A stretch of 64,000 nucleotides of DNA, from assembly GCA_964349945.1 (NCBI GenBank), contig CAYGIH010000001.1, positions 297,218 through 361,217 on the forward strand, given 5' to 3'. Made by a program: the position numbers and the translations under genes. The notes beneath the pieces are model-generated. The model did not search any database, was not told the origin of the DNA, and saw only the letters and a list, made by a program, of their open reading frames with translations. How positions within the stretch are numbered: position 1 is the first letter of the stretch; every line of letters begins with the position of its first letter. This DNA is from an uncultured Candidatus Saccharibacteria bacterium (GTDB taxonomy: Bacteria > Patescibacteriota > Minisyncoccia > Phycocordibacterales > Zambryskibacteraceae). Shown one piece after another: positions 53,679 through 63,166 of the stretch.

Positions 53679-55106
53679 TTAGATACCTTGCAATGGGTCA
53701 ATCATGGTGGTTTGAATTTTTGCCGCCTTAGCTAAAACGTCATTTCCATAGGCAGCCGTTGTTGATGTACATGATTTACCACCTCCATAATACTTGCATG
53801 CAGCAGTTCTTTCTGCAGCATATGTACCTACTGATGCACCGTTGCTTGATAAAAGAAAAGCTGAGGCCCAGATGGCGTCTTCTGCATTCCATGGATCTGG
53901 CATATTTCTGTTTAAGGCTGAGGCAACTTTATTATTAATTAGATTCCATGTTGTTGGAATAAATTGTGTAGGTCCCATACCACCACCATAGCCAATACTT
54001 AACGGACACGATAACGGAGTGTTATTCAAATCTCTCCCTAGATTAGAAACTATTTGTTTAAAAATGGTTTGATCATCTCTGTATGAACACGGAGTTTTTG
54101 CACCACTACATGATTTACCATTTGCTAAATAGTTTGCATAATGTATCGGCCCAGGCATTATCATATTCCAACGTTTTTCTGGAGGATCAATTGCTCTATT
54201 ACAACGACCAACATTTGCCCCCATGTCTGTTTCTTTTTGAAGTATAGCTAGGATTAGCGCTGGTCTTACGCCAGTTTTTATTCCTGCAGCAGTTGCGTAT
54301 TTTAGCGCGATTCCAAATTGAATAGGACCAGCATCTTGTAGGGGAAAGAGAGCTGCCCTAATCTGTGCAGCTTTAGCTTGTCTGTCAGCAAGAACCTTCC
54401 CATAAGTAACTTCTTTGTTCTTGCTCTCTGCGAGTAGAACTTTCTTTTGGGCCTGACTCACTTCTACTTCTTTTTTTGCTAATTCTATAGCTGCCTTCGC
54501 TGCGGCCTCAGCTTCACGTTGCTTTTTTAAAGCTTCTTTTTCTGATTGTGTTTGGACCTTTATGCCACGAAGTTCAGCAAAAACAACAGCCATAGCTTTC
54601 TGTGTGGCAGAATAAGCTTCCACATCAGCAAAAAAATCAGAAAGATTTTTACTCGAAAGCACTGTTTCTGCTAACGAAAAATCATCAATAATCTTTGTTT
54701 TTCTAATTAATTCCCCTAATGAATTTCTACCTTCCTCAATTCTATTATCTAGAGCAGTAATTTTGGCTTCCTTTTCAACTATATTTTTCCCTAAATTAGT
54801 TATGGCAATATTCTTGGCTTTTATATTTGCCTGTGCTGCATTTATCTTGGCAGTCAAGTAAGCAACATCGTTCGCATACGAAGCGCTGTCCTTCTTAGTA
54901 TTATTTAAAATATTGGTCCATTTATCTATCTCTGCATTGCAAGCATCAAGTTCAATGGCCAACTGAGATCTACTTTTCCCCGCGATATCCATAGTACAAA
55001 CATCTGCCTGAATATGAGCAAGTGGTATTAAAGCAAAAAATATTACAAAAGCGCCTATTATAGAAACCAAACTATTCGATCTAACAAATGAGCTTCTTTG
55101 ATTCAT
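53679..55106 (-). CDS. Secreted coiled-coil protein with a C-terminal MltB-like lytic transglycosylase domain
   Basis: Signal/TM segment, about 230 aa of coiled coil, then ALILAILQKETDMG…GMGPTQFIPTTW (compare MltB GPMQFMPSTW). Confidence 0.6.
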   Translation of the reverse strand: MNQRSSFVRSNSLVSIIGAFVIFFALIPLAHIQADVCTMDIAGKSRSQLAIELDACNAEIDKWTNILNNTKKDSASYANDVAYLTAKINAAQANIKAKNIAITNLGKNIVEKEAKITALDNRIEEGRNSLGELIRKTKIIDDFSLAETVLSSKNLSDFFADVEAYSATQKAMAVVFAELRGIKVQTQSEKEALKKQREAEAAAKAAIELAKKEVEVSQAQKKVLLAESKNKEVTYGKVLADRQAKAAQIRAALFPLQDAGPIQFGIALKYATAAGIKTGVRPALILAILQKETDMGANVGRCNRAIDPPEKRWNMIMPGPIHYANYLANGKSCSGAKTPCSYRDDQTIFKQIVSNLGRDLNNTPLSCPLSIGYGGGMGPTQFIPTTWNLINNKVASALNRNMPDPWNAEDAIWASAFLLSSNGASVGTYAAERTAACKYYGGGKSCTSTTAAYGNDVLAKAAKIQTTMIDPLQGI

Positions 55107-55132
55107 AACTATAAGCCAATTGGCTCTAGTAT

Positions 55133-55786
55133 TTAGGCTGTCGCAGCAACTTCTTCTGCTCCTTCTTCTGGTTCATCCTTGCCCTTCTTTTCTACTTCTA
55201 TAGCTTCAAGATCAATTGGGGCAACTACTTCTTCTTTCTCTTCTCTTGGAGCTGATACTAGAGCTACAACTTCGTCTGGACTTTCGAGGGAAACAACCCC
55301 TGAAGGTAATTTTATATCCTTAACCGTTATCTGTGAACTAAAGTCTATGAGTGTAGAAATGTCAGCTACAACATTGTGTGGCAAATCTTTAGGCATTGCC
55401 TCAATTTTAAGGTCATAAAGAACTTTAACCAAAGTACCACCAAGATCTTTGATAGCTGGAGAAACTCCTTCGAACTCTATTGGTACTTCCACTTCAACCT
55501 TGGCACCCTTTTCAAAGACATAAAAGTCTACATGGCGAGGTGTGTCCAGTACTGGATCAAAATCTACATCATGAATAAGACATTCTACTGTTTCCTTTCC
55601 TGTCTCAAGACTTATAACTGATGACTCTCCGGCTTCTTTCCATACCTTGAGAAAATCAACCATTTTAATAGAAATAGGGGTTGATGGCTCTTTTTTGCCA
55701 TAAAAAACTGCAGGGATGCTCCCTGATTTTCGTAAATCTCCAAGCTTAGTGCTTAGATCGCGAAGTTCTGCTTTTAACGTTGTCAT
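55133..55786 (-). CDS. rplY: 50S ribosomal protein L25 / general stress protein Ctc
   Basis: …GSIPAVFYGKKEPSTPISI… N-terminal domain plus a Ctc-type C-terminal extension. Confidence 0.85.
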   Translation of the reverse strand: MTTLKAELRDLSTKLGDLRKSGSIPAVFYGKKEPSTPISIKMVDFLKVWKEAGESSVISLETGKETVECLIHDVDFDPVLDTPRHVDFYVFEKGAKVEVEVPIEFEGVSPAIKDLGGTLVKVLYDLKIEAMPKDLPHNVVADISTLIDFSSQITVKDIKLPSGVVSLESPDEVVALVSAPREEKEEVVAPIDLEAIEVEKKGKDEPEEGAEEVAATA

Positions 55787-55885
55787 TTCCCTATTTTACC
55801 CACTTTGATACATAAATCAACCCCTTAGCTATAAATATAAAGCTAAATATAAAAAACCATTGACAATTAATGTATTTATGTAATT

Positions 55886-56122
55886 ATGAGCAAAGACTCA
55901 CTGCTGGAGGTGGTTATGACCGTTGTAGACGCCCAACCAACAATTGATGAACACAACAAGGAGCTGTCCGCTTTGTTGATGCAATTGGAAGCGCCGAAAG
56001 CCACGGGCCGGCTTACGCTTATGAGACGCATGTCCATGCTTCATAAGCTAGTTCAAGACCTTGGCGGGAAACCGTCTGTCCCTGAATACAAGTTCAAACT
56101 ATTCCTCACCCTGCAAAAGTAA
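55886..56122 (+). CDS. Hypothetical small protein (GC-rich)
   Basis: 78-aa ORF preceded by TTGACA-N17-AATTAT-like promoter at 55859-55887. Confidence 0.35.
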   Translation: MSKDSLLEVVMTVVDAQPTIDEHNKELSALLMQLEAPKATGRLTLMRRMSMLHKLVQDLGGKPSVPEYKFKLFLTLQK

Positions 56123-56137
56123 AGCCGGGTGATTTTT

Positions 56138-57787
56138 TTATTCTAAAGTTATATGACTAGTGAGGTATTCTATAGTGCCCCCCACCTTCTTTCCTGGATT
56201 GAGAATATTATGTGGATCAAAGATATCCTTGGTTTTTTTGAATAAATCCAAAACTTCTTTAGAATACATTTTATCCAAGTAAGGCGTTCGGACTATACCA
56301 TCGTTATGTTCACCCGTAATGGAACCTTTGTATTTGGCCACCAAGGTATAAATTTTCTCCCCCACCTCTTCGATCACTCTCACATTCTTATGATTATGCA
56401 TATCCATCAGTGGGATTATGTGGAAATTACCGTTGCCCGCATGACCAGCAATAGTGTAAACAAGTTTATATTCATCAAGCACAGCTTTCATTTCAGGTAG
56501 AAATTTTGGCATATCTCCTGGTCTAACCACTACATCATCTACGAATGGAGCAGTGCGAGAATTCTTTATATGTTTTCTTAAAAGGCTGAAACTCTCTCTG
56601 CGGATAGTCCAATATTTATTTGACTCTTCTTCTGATTTTGTTTCTCTTATAATAAAGTTAAAATGCGATATCTTAGATTTGAGGGTACTCATTTTTTGAT
56701 TTACCTCTCCCTCAGTAGCTCCAGCGTATTCAACAAGTACAACAAGTTTTGGGAATCCACCACGAATCATCATAAAAGCTTCAGGGATAAAACTCATGAT
56801 AAGTTTGAAAAAACTTTTTGCTTTCATTGATTTGAGCATCTCAGGAAAAAATTTAAATGCGAGTTTAAGAGTAGCATCATCATAAGTTTCAAGTGAATCA
56901 GGGTTAGTGGGCAAGACTTCATTCACTAAATCTGCAAGGTGAGTGAGATCCTTCATAAAGATCACAAAGAGTTTAGATGTTTTATCTGTTTTAACCAATT
57001 TTATTTTGGCTTCAGTCACTAACCCAAGTGTGCCCTGTGAACCGACGATGAGTTTATTTAAATCAAATATCTCCTCTGTGTTTGACCCCGAGGGTCGCAC
57101 AACATTCCAAAGATAATACCCAGCTGAATTTTTAGATACATTTGGCCTGGCATCATTAATTATCTTTTTGTTGGCTGAGATTAAATTGGAAAGATTTTTA
57201 TAAACACTACCTTCAAAATCATTTTGATTCTTCTTCACTTCTAATTCATTTTTAGTCAAAGGCTTCACTGTATACTCGTTGCCGTCTGCAAAGATAACTT
57301 TTGATTCCAAAACATAGTCTTCCATTTTGCCGTATTTTAATGTTTTCTCTCCAGCACAATTATTTCCTATCATTCCCCCCAAAGCATTCATATTCTTCGA
57401 AGCTGTATAGCAAGGCAGGATAAGGTTTTTTTCTAATGTTTTAGGCTCAAAATCTCTGTATAAAACCCCTGGCTCAACTACTGTCCCATCAATCTTTATC
57501 TCTCCCAAATGATTCATATATTTCATCACATCCACAATAATTGACTCACCTAGAGGTCCTCCGGACATACATGAACCTGCTGCTCGAATAGTAATAGAAA
57601 GCGAAGAATCTTTGGATTTATTCTCCCTGACCCATTTAACCAAATTTTGGATATCAGCTGAGTCTTTAGGAAAAACAACAAGCTTGGGTAGGACTGTAAA
57701 AAGACTGGCATCATGACTATATAACCTAAGAGTCGCTTCATCATCCTGAATATCTCCTTTAAAAAATTTCTGTATTTCTTCCTTCAT
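56138..57787 (-). CDS. FAD-linked oxidase (PCMH-type FAD-binding; D-lactate dehydrogenase/GlcD-like)
   Basis: N-terminal FAD-binding domain (ITIRAAGSCMSGGPLG) and a C-terminal oxidase domain (GSITGEHNDGIVRTPYL). Confidence 0.7.
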   Translation of the reverse strand: MKEEIQKFFKGDIQDDEATLRLYSHDASLFTVLPKLVVFPKDSADIQNLVKWVRENKSKDSSLSITIRAAGSCMSGGPLGESIIVDVMKYMNHLGEIKIDGTVVEPGVLYRDFEPKTLEKNLILPCYTASKNMNALGGMIGNNCAGEKTLKYGKMEDYVLESKVIFADGNEYTVKPLTKNELEVKKNQNDFEGSVYKNLSNLISANKKIINDARPNVSKNSAGYYLWNVVRPSGSNTEEIFDLNKLIVGSQGTLGLVTEAKIKLVKTDKTSKLFVIFMKDLTHLADLVNEVLPTNPDSLETYDDATLKLAFKFFPEMLKSMKAKSFFKLIMSFIPEAFMMIRGGFPKLVVLVEYAGATEGEVNQKMSTLKSKISHFNFIIRETKSEEESNKYWTIRRESFSLLRKHIKNSRTAPFVDDVVVRPGDMPKFLPEMKAVLDEYKLVYTIAGHAGNGNFHIIPLMDMHNHKNVRVIEEVGEKIYTLVAKYKGSITGEHNDGIVRTPYLDKMYSKEVLDLFKKTKDIFDPHNILNPGKKVGGTIEYLTSHITLE

Positions 57788-57791
57788 TCAG

Positions 57792-58640
57792 CTATATTTT
57801 ATTGAATAATTTTAATTTGGCAGTGACTACTTTTTTCATTTCTTCTACTCCTAGAGCCAAGAATTTATATGGAGCTACTTCGTCTTTTTTCATTCCCTCT
57901 TCTACACCATGTTTGTACGCGAGTCGAATTTCTGTATTTATATGCACAATAGAGATACCTGCTTCTATGGCAGAGACGACATCTGCATCACTATTACCTG
58001 ATGCTCCATGGAGCACGAGTGGAATTTTCACCTTCTCATGGATAGCTTTAATAAGTTCTACATTAAGTTTTGGCTCCCCTGTCTTCACCATCCCGTGGAT
58101 ATTACCTACTGATGGAGCGAACATATCTATGCCTGTCTCATTGATAAATCTTTCTGCATCTTCTGGTTTGGTTTGTGTTTCTTCGCTTACTCCTTCTGGT
58201 ACTTTGTCTATTATCTTCGATGATTGTCCAATGAATCCAAGTTCTGCTTCTACTAAAATATCTGGATTTTTTGACTTGGCATAAATTACTGCTTCTTTGG
58301 TCAGCTTCACATTCTCTTCAAAAGAAAGTTTGGCTCCATCTATAATGACCGAGTCAAAACCTGCATTGACTGCTTCCTTCACCTTTTCTATAGAATAAGT
58401 ATGGTCTGCATTAAGAAATACTGGGTATTCCTTAAACCGCTCTGCATCTACCATCGCTCTGATTTCATCAACTCCGATAAAATCTCTTTCTCCTTCTGAA
58501 ACCCCAATAATCACTGGTACCCCAAGTTCTTTGGCTGATTCAACAACAGCCTTAAATCCTTCAGAATCTGAGATGTTGAAATGCCCTATGGCTACCTTTT
58601 TTTGTACTGCTTCATCCACATATTCTCTTAGTGTTTTCAT
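57792..58640 (-). CDS. fba: Class II fructose-bisphosphate aldolase
   Basis: …VAIGHFNISDSEGFKAVVESAKELGVPVIIGVSEG…LNADHTYS…LVLHGASG are class II aldolase motifs. Confidence 0.9.
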   Translation of the reverse strand: MKTLREYVDEAVQKKVAIGHFNISDSEGFKAVVESAKELGVPVIIGVSEGERDFIGVDEIRAMVDAERFKEYPVFLNADHTYSIEKVKEAVNAGFDSVIIDGAKLSFEENVKLTKEAVIYAKSKNPDILVEAELGFIGQSSKIIDKVPEGVSEETQTKPEDAERFINETGIDMFAPSVGNIHGMVKTGEPKLNVELIKAIHEKVKIPLVLHGASGNSDADVVSAIEAGISIVHINTEIRLAYKHGVEEGMKKDEVAPYKFLALGVEEMKKVVTAKLKLFNKI

Positions 58641-58676
58641 AGTCTCATTTTAACACGTCATGCTACAATATTATAA

Positions 58677-59663
58677 ATGCACGATTTTATCGCTATTGGA
58701 GACACTGTTATTGATGCTTTCATAAAACTCAAGGAAGCTACGGTAGTTGGCACACCCGATGAAGCCAATTATAAAATCTGCCTCCCCTTTGCTGATAAGG
58801 TACCTTACGAAAGCGTCAATGTTATCCCTGCTGTTGGTAATTCTGCTAATGCAGTCGTTACTGCATCGAGGCTTGGATTAAAAACCGCTATTGTCACCAA
58901 TCTTGGAGATGATACTTATGGTCAAGATTGTCTAGATGCACTAAAGAAAAACAACATTGATACAAGTTTTGTGAAGATTCATGTTGGAGCAAAAACAAAT
59001 TATCATTATGTTTTGTGGTACGAAGCAGATAGAACCATACTCATTAAACACGAAACTTATCCATATTCACTTCCAGAAATTGATACACCCAAATGGCTAT
59101 ACTTTAGTTCTGTGAGCGAGAATGCCTATCCATTTCACAACACAATCGCAGATTTTTTAGATACTCATCCAGAAACAAAATTAGCTTTCCAACCAGGGAA
59201 GAATGAAATCAAATTAGGTAAAGAAAAATTGGAGAGACTTTATAAGCGCGCTGATATTTTCTTTTGTAATGTTGAAGAAGCTGAAAAAATCCTCGGCATA
59301 GAAACCTTGGGTATAAACGAATTAATTAAAAGAATGTTTGAACTTGGTCCAAAGATAGTTGTTATCACCGATGGCCCTAAGGGTGCATATGCGTATGATG
59401 GCACTGATTTATGGTTTGCTCCTGTTTATCCAGATCAAAGACCTGCATACGAACGCACAGGGGCTGGAGACGCTTTCGCTTCAACCGTTGCCTCTGCTAT
59501 TGCTCTGGGTAATGACTTAAGAACTGCCCTTATGTGGGGAGCCACAAATTCTATGTCTGTAGTCCAAAAAGTTGGTGCTCAAGAGGGATTGTTAACAAAA
59601 GAAGCGCTTGAGAGTCTCCTCCAAAGCGCCCCTTCTGACTTTAAACCTCAAAAAATTAATTAA
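58677..59663 (+). CDS. PfkB family carbohydrate kinase
   Basis: Ribokinase-like fold with a C-terminal ERTGAGDAFAS (DTxGAGD anion hole). Confidence 0.8.
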   Translation: MHDFIAIGDTVIDAFIKLKEATVVGTPDEANYKICLPFADKVPYESVNVIPAVGNSANAVVTASRLGLKTAIVTNLGDDTYGQDCLDALKKNNIDTSFVKIHVGAKTNYHYVLWYEADRTILIKHETYPYSLPEIDTPKWLYFSSVSENAYPFHNTIADFLDTHPETKLAFQPGKNEIKLGKEKLERLYKRADIFFCNVEEAEKILGIETLGINELIKRMFELGPKIVVITDGPKGAYAYDGTDLWFAPVYPDQRPAYERTGAGDAFASTVASAIALGNDLRTALMWGATNSMSVVQKVGAQEGLLTKEALESLLQSAPSDFKPQKIN

Positions 59664-59674
59664 AAAGAGCACCA

Positions 59675-59872
59675 CTAGGCGCTCTCTGTGGCTGGAAGCT
59701 CGACCCTCACTACGAATGGTGGGTCAACATCAGAGTCATGGCAACACATGATGTATATCTGCCAATCATTGAATCCACTGTCACGTAGAAGCCGATAAGT
59801 CTTTTCGGGTATTTCTCTCCTCGTGTTTTGACTCGAGTGTCCGCTCATCGGTTCTCCAAAGAGAAAGAGCAT
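59675..59872 (-). CDS. Hypothetical small ORF or gene remnant (GC-rich)
   Basis: 65 aa with no recognised motif. Confidence 0.2.
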   Translation of the reverse strand: MLFLFGEPMSGHSSQNTRREIPEKTYRLLRDSGFNDWQIYIMCCHDSDVDPPFVVRVELPATESA

Positions 59873-59922
59873 GAATTCTCTAGGAAGAATAACTTCTTAA
59901 TCAATTTGAGTCAATTCACATT

Positions 59923-61848
59923 TTACTGAGCTGGAAGGGTTTTTGTTTGACTGTCAGTTACTCCATGAGCACCTTCACTCACAGTAAGAGTAAGGGGTCG
60001 AGCAATATCACTTCTCCCTATATTCATTGACCCTGATGGTAGCACTATGCTACCTGCATCATAAGGATAGTTTGGATTATAACCAAGCAAGGTGGCATTC
60101 GTACAAGATGGACTGACAGAATAGTTAACCACCCATTCACTTCTTCTTGTAGAACCATTCCAAACAGACGTTGCATCCCAAGAATTAATTTTGCATGTCG
60201 CAACTGTGTCTGCCACATTGATATAAGTGACACTAGCTTGGGCTTGCCCACCAGGACCAGTACATGAATACGTAAATGTTCTAGGTAAGGTGCTCTCAGT
60301 CAACCACCCAGGACCAATTGCAATACTGCCACTCCTAGTGATTGGTTGATTAGCATATCGACACCCTTCGCCTGCACACAAGCCTCTACTAAATACACTG
60401 TCACCATTCATTAAACATGTTGTGGCATATCTGGCAGAAAAATCCAAAGCAGATAACGAACCTGGGGCTACTACATTACTTCCAGCCCACCAAGAAGGAC
60501 TGACCGAAAGACTCACTTCTGGTCTTCTGCAAACTCCGTTAAGCATCCAATCACTCTGACAAGTTGTTGTTGGAGTTGATGTGGCTGTTGGAGAAGTGGA
60601 AGTTGCTGTTGATGTTGCAGCGGGTCCTCCTGTGTTTCCTGAACCTGAAGTGCCTATATTGACCTGAACACTATCACTAATATTTTTTACACCCGTATTG
60701 TCCATATATGCACAAGCGATTTCGTATTTAGTGTTAGCAGTTAAATTACCTGTAGTTCTATTACCATTTGTCTGAACAATATCTGCTGGGTATTGATTGT
60801 TGGTTGATATGGCACAAAGTAACAAATTACCTGTCGATGTCCACCTTAAACTCACTGAACTGCCACTAGATACCATTACCGGACCATCAGAATTATTTAC
60901 TTTTATATCCAATGTCGGAGTAACAAATGCCTGATTCGCACCGTTGCCCGATCCGTTCCCTGTGCCAGTATTACCGCTATTACCAGAACCAGTGCCTGTG
61001 CCAGAACCCGCACTACCAATTTCATCCTCATCAGCTGGAGCCTGTGCAATAGATGTTCTCGTTTGAACACCAACGAAGCCAGTTGTTTGAATGTTATTCG
61101 CTCGTTGATATGCTTGAACAGCCGCTCGAGTTAATCCAAAAAAGTTACCTGTAGGGGCACCAGTCATATAACCTCTATCAATCAAAAATTGTTGGATTGC
61201 TCTTACTTCAGTGTTGTTTCTCATTCCATAGCGCAAATCACTGGTTATAGAAATAATACTATTTCTATTTGTAACCGAATTATTTGTTGAACCAGAAGTA
61301 GAATTTTTTAACAAACAAGAATCACAATTTATAGGAGGCCAAGCGGGTATAGAGTTTGTAACGCTACTACCCAACCAAAAACCCATTTCGTAAAACCAAA
61401 CAGCAGGATGAATTGTAAAACGATTCTGATTAATATATTGCAAAACAGAAATTGCGTCTTTGCATGTTAGATATAAATTATAATTTACATCATCTTGAGC
61501 TGGAGGTTGCCATGTAGGATCACCAAAAGCTCCTAATTTGCTGATTGGAGATAAATCAGGAGTGCATCTATTCCAGTTTGGGTACTGGTTTAAAACACCT
61601 TGCATGCGATCAAAATATATTTTTTGCTGTGATGATGAATTATAACCAAGATAAACACAATAATTTCCTTCTAAATTGCTCATGTTTTGAGCAATAATTG
61701 ACCCATTTGGATATTTGTAACAACCTTTACTGCTTGTAGTAGCTTGATCAATTGTCTTTAAAATACTATTAGGTATAACAGCTTGAACTGAATTTGTACT
61801 TATTAATATAACGAAAGTAAAAATGGCAACAGCTAAAAATCTTTTCAT
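59923..61848 (-). CDS. Secreted protein with a peptidoglycan-binding (PG_binding_1) domain and a Gly/Ser/Thr-rich C-terminal region
   Basis: Signal peptide. EVRAIQQFLIDRGYMTGAPTGNFFGLTRAAVQAYQRANNIQTTGFVGVQT is the PGBD consensus. A low-complexity GSGTG stretch is followed by Cys-containing Ig-like segments. Confidence 0.6.
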   Translation of the reverse strand: MKRFLAVAIFTFVILISTNSVQAVIPNSILKTIDQATTSSKGCYKYPNGSIIAQNMSNLEGNYCVYLGYNSSSQQKIYFDRMQGVLNQYPNWNRCTPDLSPISKLGAFGDPTWQPPAQDDVNYNLYLTCKDAISVLQYINQNRFTIHPAVWFYEMGFWLGSSVTNSIPAWPPINCDSCLLKNSTSGSTNNSVTNRNSIISITSDLRYGMRNNTEVRAIQQFLIDRGYMTGAPTGNFFGLTRAAVQAYQRANNIQTTGFVGVQTRTSIAQAPADEDEIGSAGSGTGTGSGNSGNTGTGNGSGNGANQAFVTPTLDIKVNNSDGPVMVSSGSSVSLRWTSTGNLLLCAISTNNQYPADIVQTNGNRTTGNLTANTKYEIACAYMDNTGVKNISDSVQVNIGTSGSGNTGGPAATSTATSTSPTATSTPTTTCQSDWMLNGVCRRPEVSLSVSPSWWAGSNVVAPGSLSALDFSARYATTCLMNGDSVFSRGLCAGEGCRYANQPITRSGSIAIGPGWLTESTLPRTFTYSCTGPGGQAQASVTYINVADTVATCKINSWDATSVWNGSTRRSEWVVNYSVSPSCTNATLLGYNPNYPYDAGSIVLPSGSMNIGRSDIARPLTLTVSEGAHGVTDSQTKTLPAQ

Positions 61849-61883
61849 ATGGTAATAATTATTTATAAACTACCTTAATAATA

Positions 61884-62864
61884 CTATATTAATTCCTTCA
61901 CCGCCCTTATGATATCCTTCTCTCCCATTCCATAGTGCTCTATGAGCTCATCTGGTGTGCCAGACTGGCCAAATTCGTCTTTTACCCCTATAAATCGCAT
62001 TTTTACTGGATAATTCTTGGACAAACATTCAGCCACAGCAGAGCCCATCCCTCCAGCAACCTGATGTTCTTCAACTGTCACTATCGCTCCTATTTTTTTT
62101 GCCAAATTTATAATTGCTTCTTTATCAAGTGGCTTAATAGTCGAAAGATTCATCACTTCTACATCAATTTTTTGTTTTTCTAATTCTTTGGCTGCCTTTA
62201 AAGCTTTGTAGAGCAATGCCCCTGTGGCAATTATCCCCACCTTTGGATTATTTCCTTGCCAGAAAGTTTGAGCCTTGCCTATTTCAAAGGGAGTTTCAAC
62301 TGATGTCATCACTGGAGTTTTCTCTCTGGCTAGGCGTAGATAAACTGGAGTGTTTGTTTTGGCTAAAGCGATAGTGGCTTTCTTGGCCTCAATAGAATCA
62401 CATGGAGAAATCACCACCATGCGAGGAATAACTCTAGTGAGAGCAATATCCTCTATGGCTTGATGAGTGCCTCCATCAGGACCAACTGACACCCCAGAAT
62501 GTGAACCAATAATTTTCACTGGTTGATTGTTGTAGCAAATAGTTGTTCGTATCTGTTCCCAATTTCTCCCTGGCGAAAACATCGCATAAGAAGAGATGAA
62601 AGGAATTTTACCCATCGCTGCCATACCTGAACCTACACTAGCAAGGTTTTGTTCGGCTATACCCATCTCTGTAAACCTGTTTGGGAACTTCTCCTTAAAT
62701 AAATGCATTTGGGTTGATTCAGTAAGGTCTGCACAAAGACCCACCACCTGAGGATTCTCTTCTCCAGCCACAACTAAACCTTCTCCAAAACCTTTGCGTA
62801 TTGGTACTTGTTCAACATCCTTATCAAACATCTTCACATTAAGTTTTAAATCTGGATTAATCAT
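61884..62864 (-). CDS. tkt: Transketolase, C-terminal (pyrimidine-binding plus C-terminal domain) subunit
   Basis: …FTEMGIAEQNLASVGSGMAAMGKIPFISSYAMF…GPDGGTHQAIEDIA… The start was set at Met20 (MINPD). Confidence 0.85.
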   Translation of the reverse strand: MINPDLKLNVKMFDKDVEQVPIRKGFGEGLVVAGEENPQVVGLCADLTESTQMHLFKEKFPNRFTEMGIAEQNLASVGSGMAAMGKIPFISSYAMFSPGRNWEQIRTTICYNNQPVKIIGSHSGVSVGPDGGTHQAIEDIALTRVIPRMVVISPCDSIEAKKATIALAKTNTPVYLRLAREKTPVMTSVETPFEIGKAQTFWQGNNPKVGIIATGALLYKALKAAKELEKQKIDVEVMNLSTIKPLDKEAIINLAKKIGAIVTVEEHQVAGGMGSAVAECLSKNYPVKMRFIGVKDEFGQSGTPDELIEHYGMGEKDIIRAVKELI

Positions 62865-62868
62865 ATAT

Positions 62869-63162
62869 TTAGACCGTTGAGAAAATAAGTACAAAGAACA
62901 AAAAAGCCATAATAAATGCAAGAATTACATATCCAACTATACTTTTTAACTGATTTTTGGTTTCAAGCTTACCTGTTCTTTCTAATTTTTTAGATCGAAA
63001 AAATACAAAAGGAATAATTAATAAAAGCATTATACTTGGAAATGTTAATAGAGAAGACAAAGAGGACAAAACAGGAAATCTATTTGCCATTGGATCAATA
63101 GTTCCCATAAAAATTATAAATATAAAAGTTATCCCTACAATCCAAGAAAGTTTTTTTGTCAT
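62869..63162 (-). CDS. Small membrane protein lying between the two transketolase halves
   Basis: 97 aa with three TM segments. Confidence 0.4.
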   Translation of the reverse strand: MTKKLSWIVGITFIFIIFMGTIDPMANRFPVLSSLSSLLTFPSIMLLLIIPFVFFRSKKLERTGKLETKNQLKSIVGYVILAFIMAFLFFVLIFSTV

Positions 63163-63166
63163 AAAT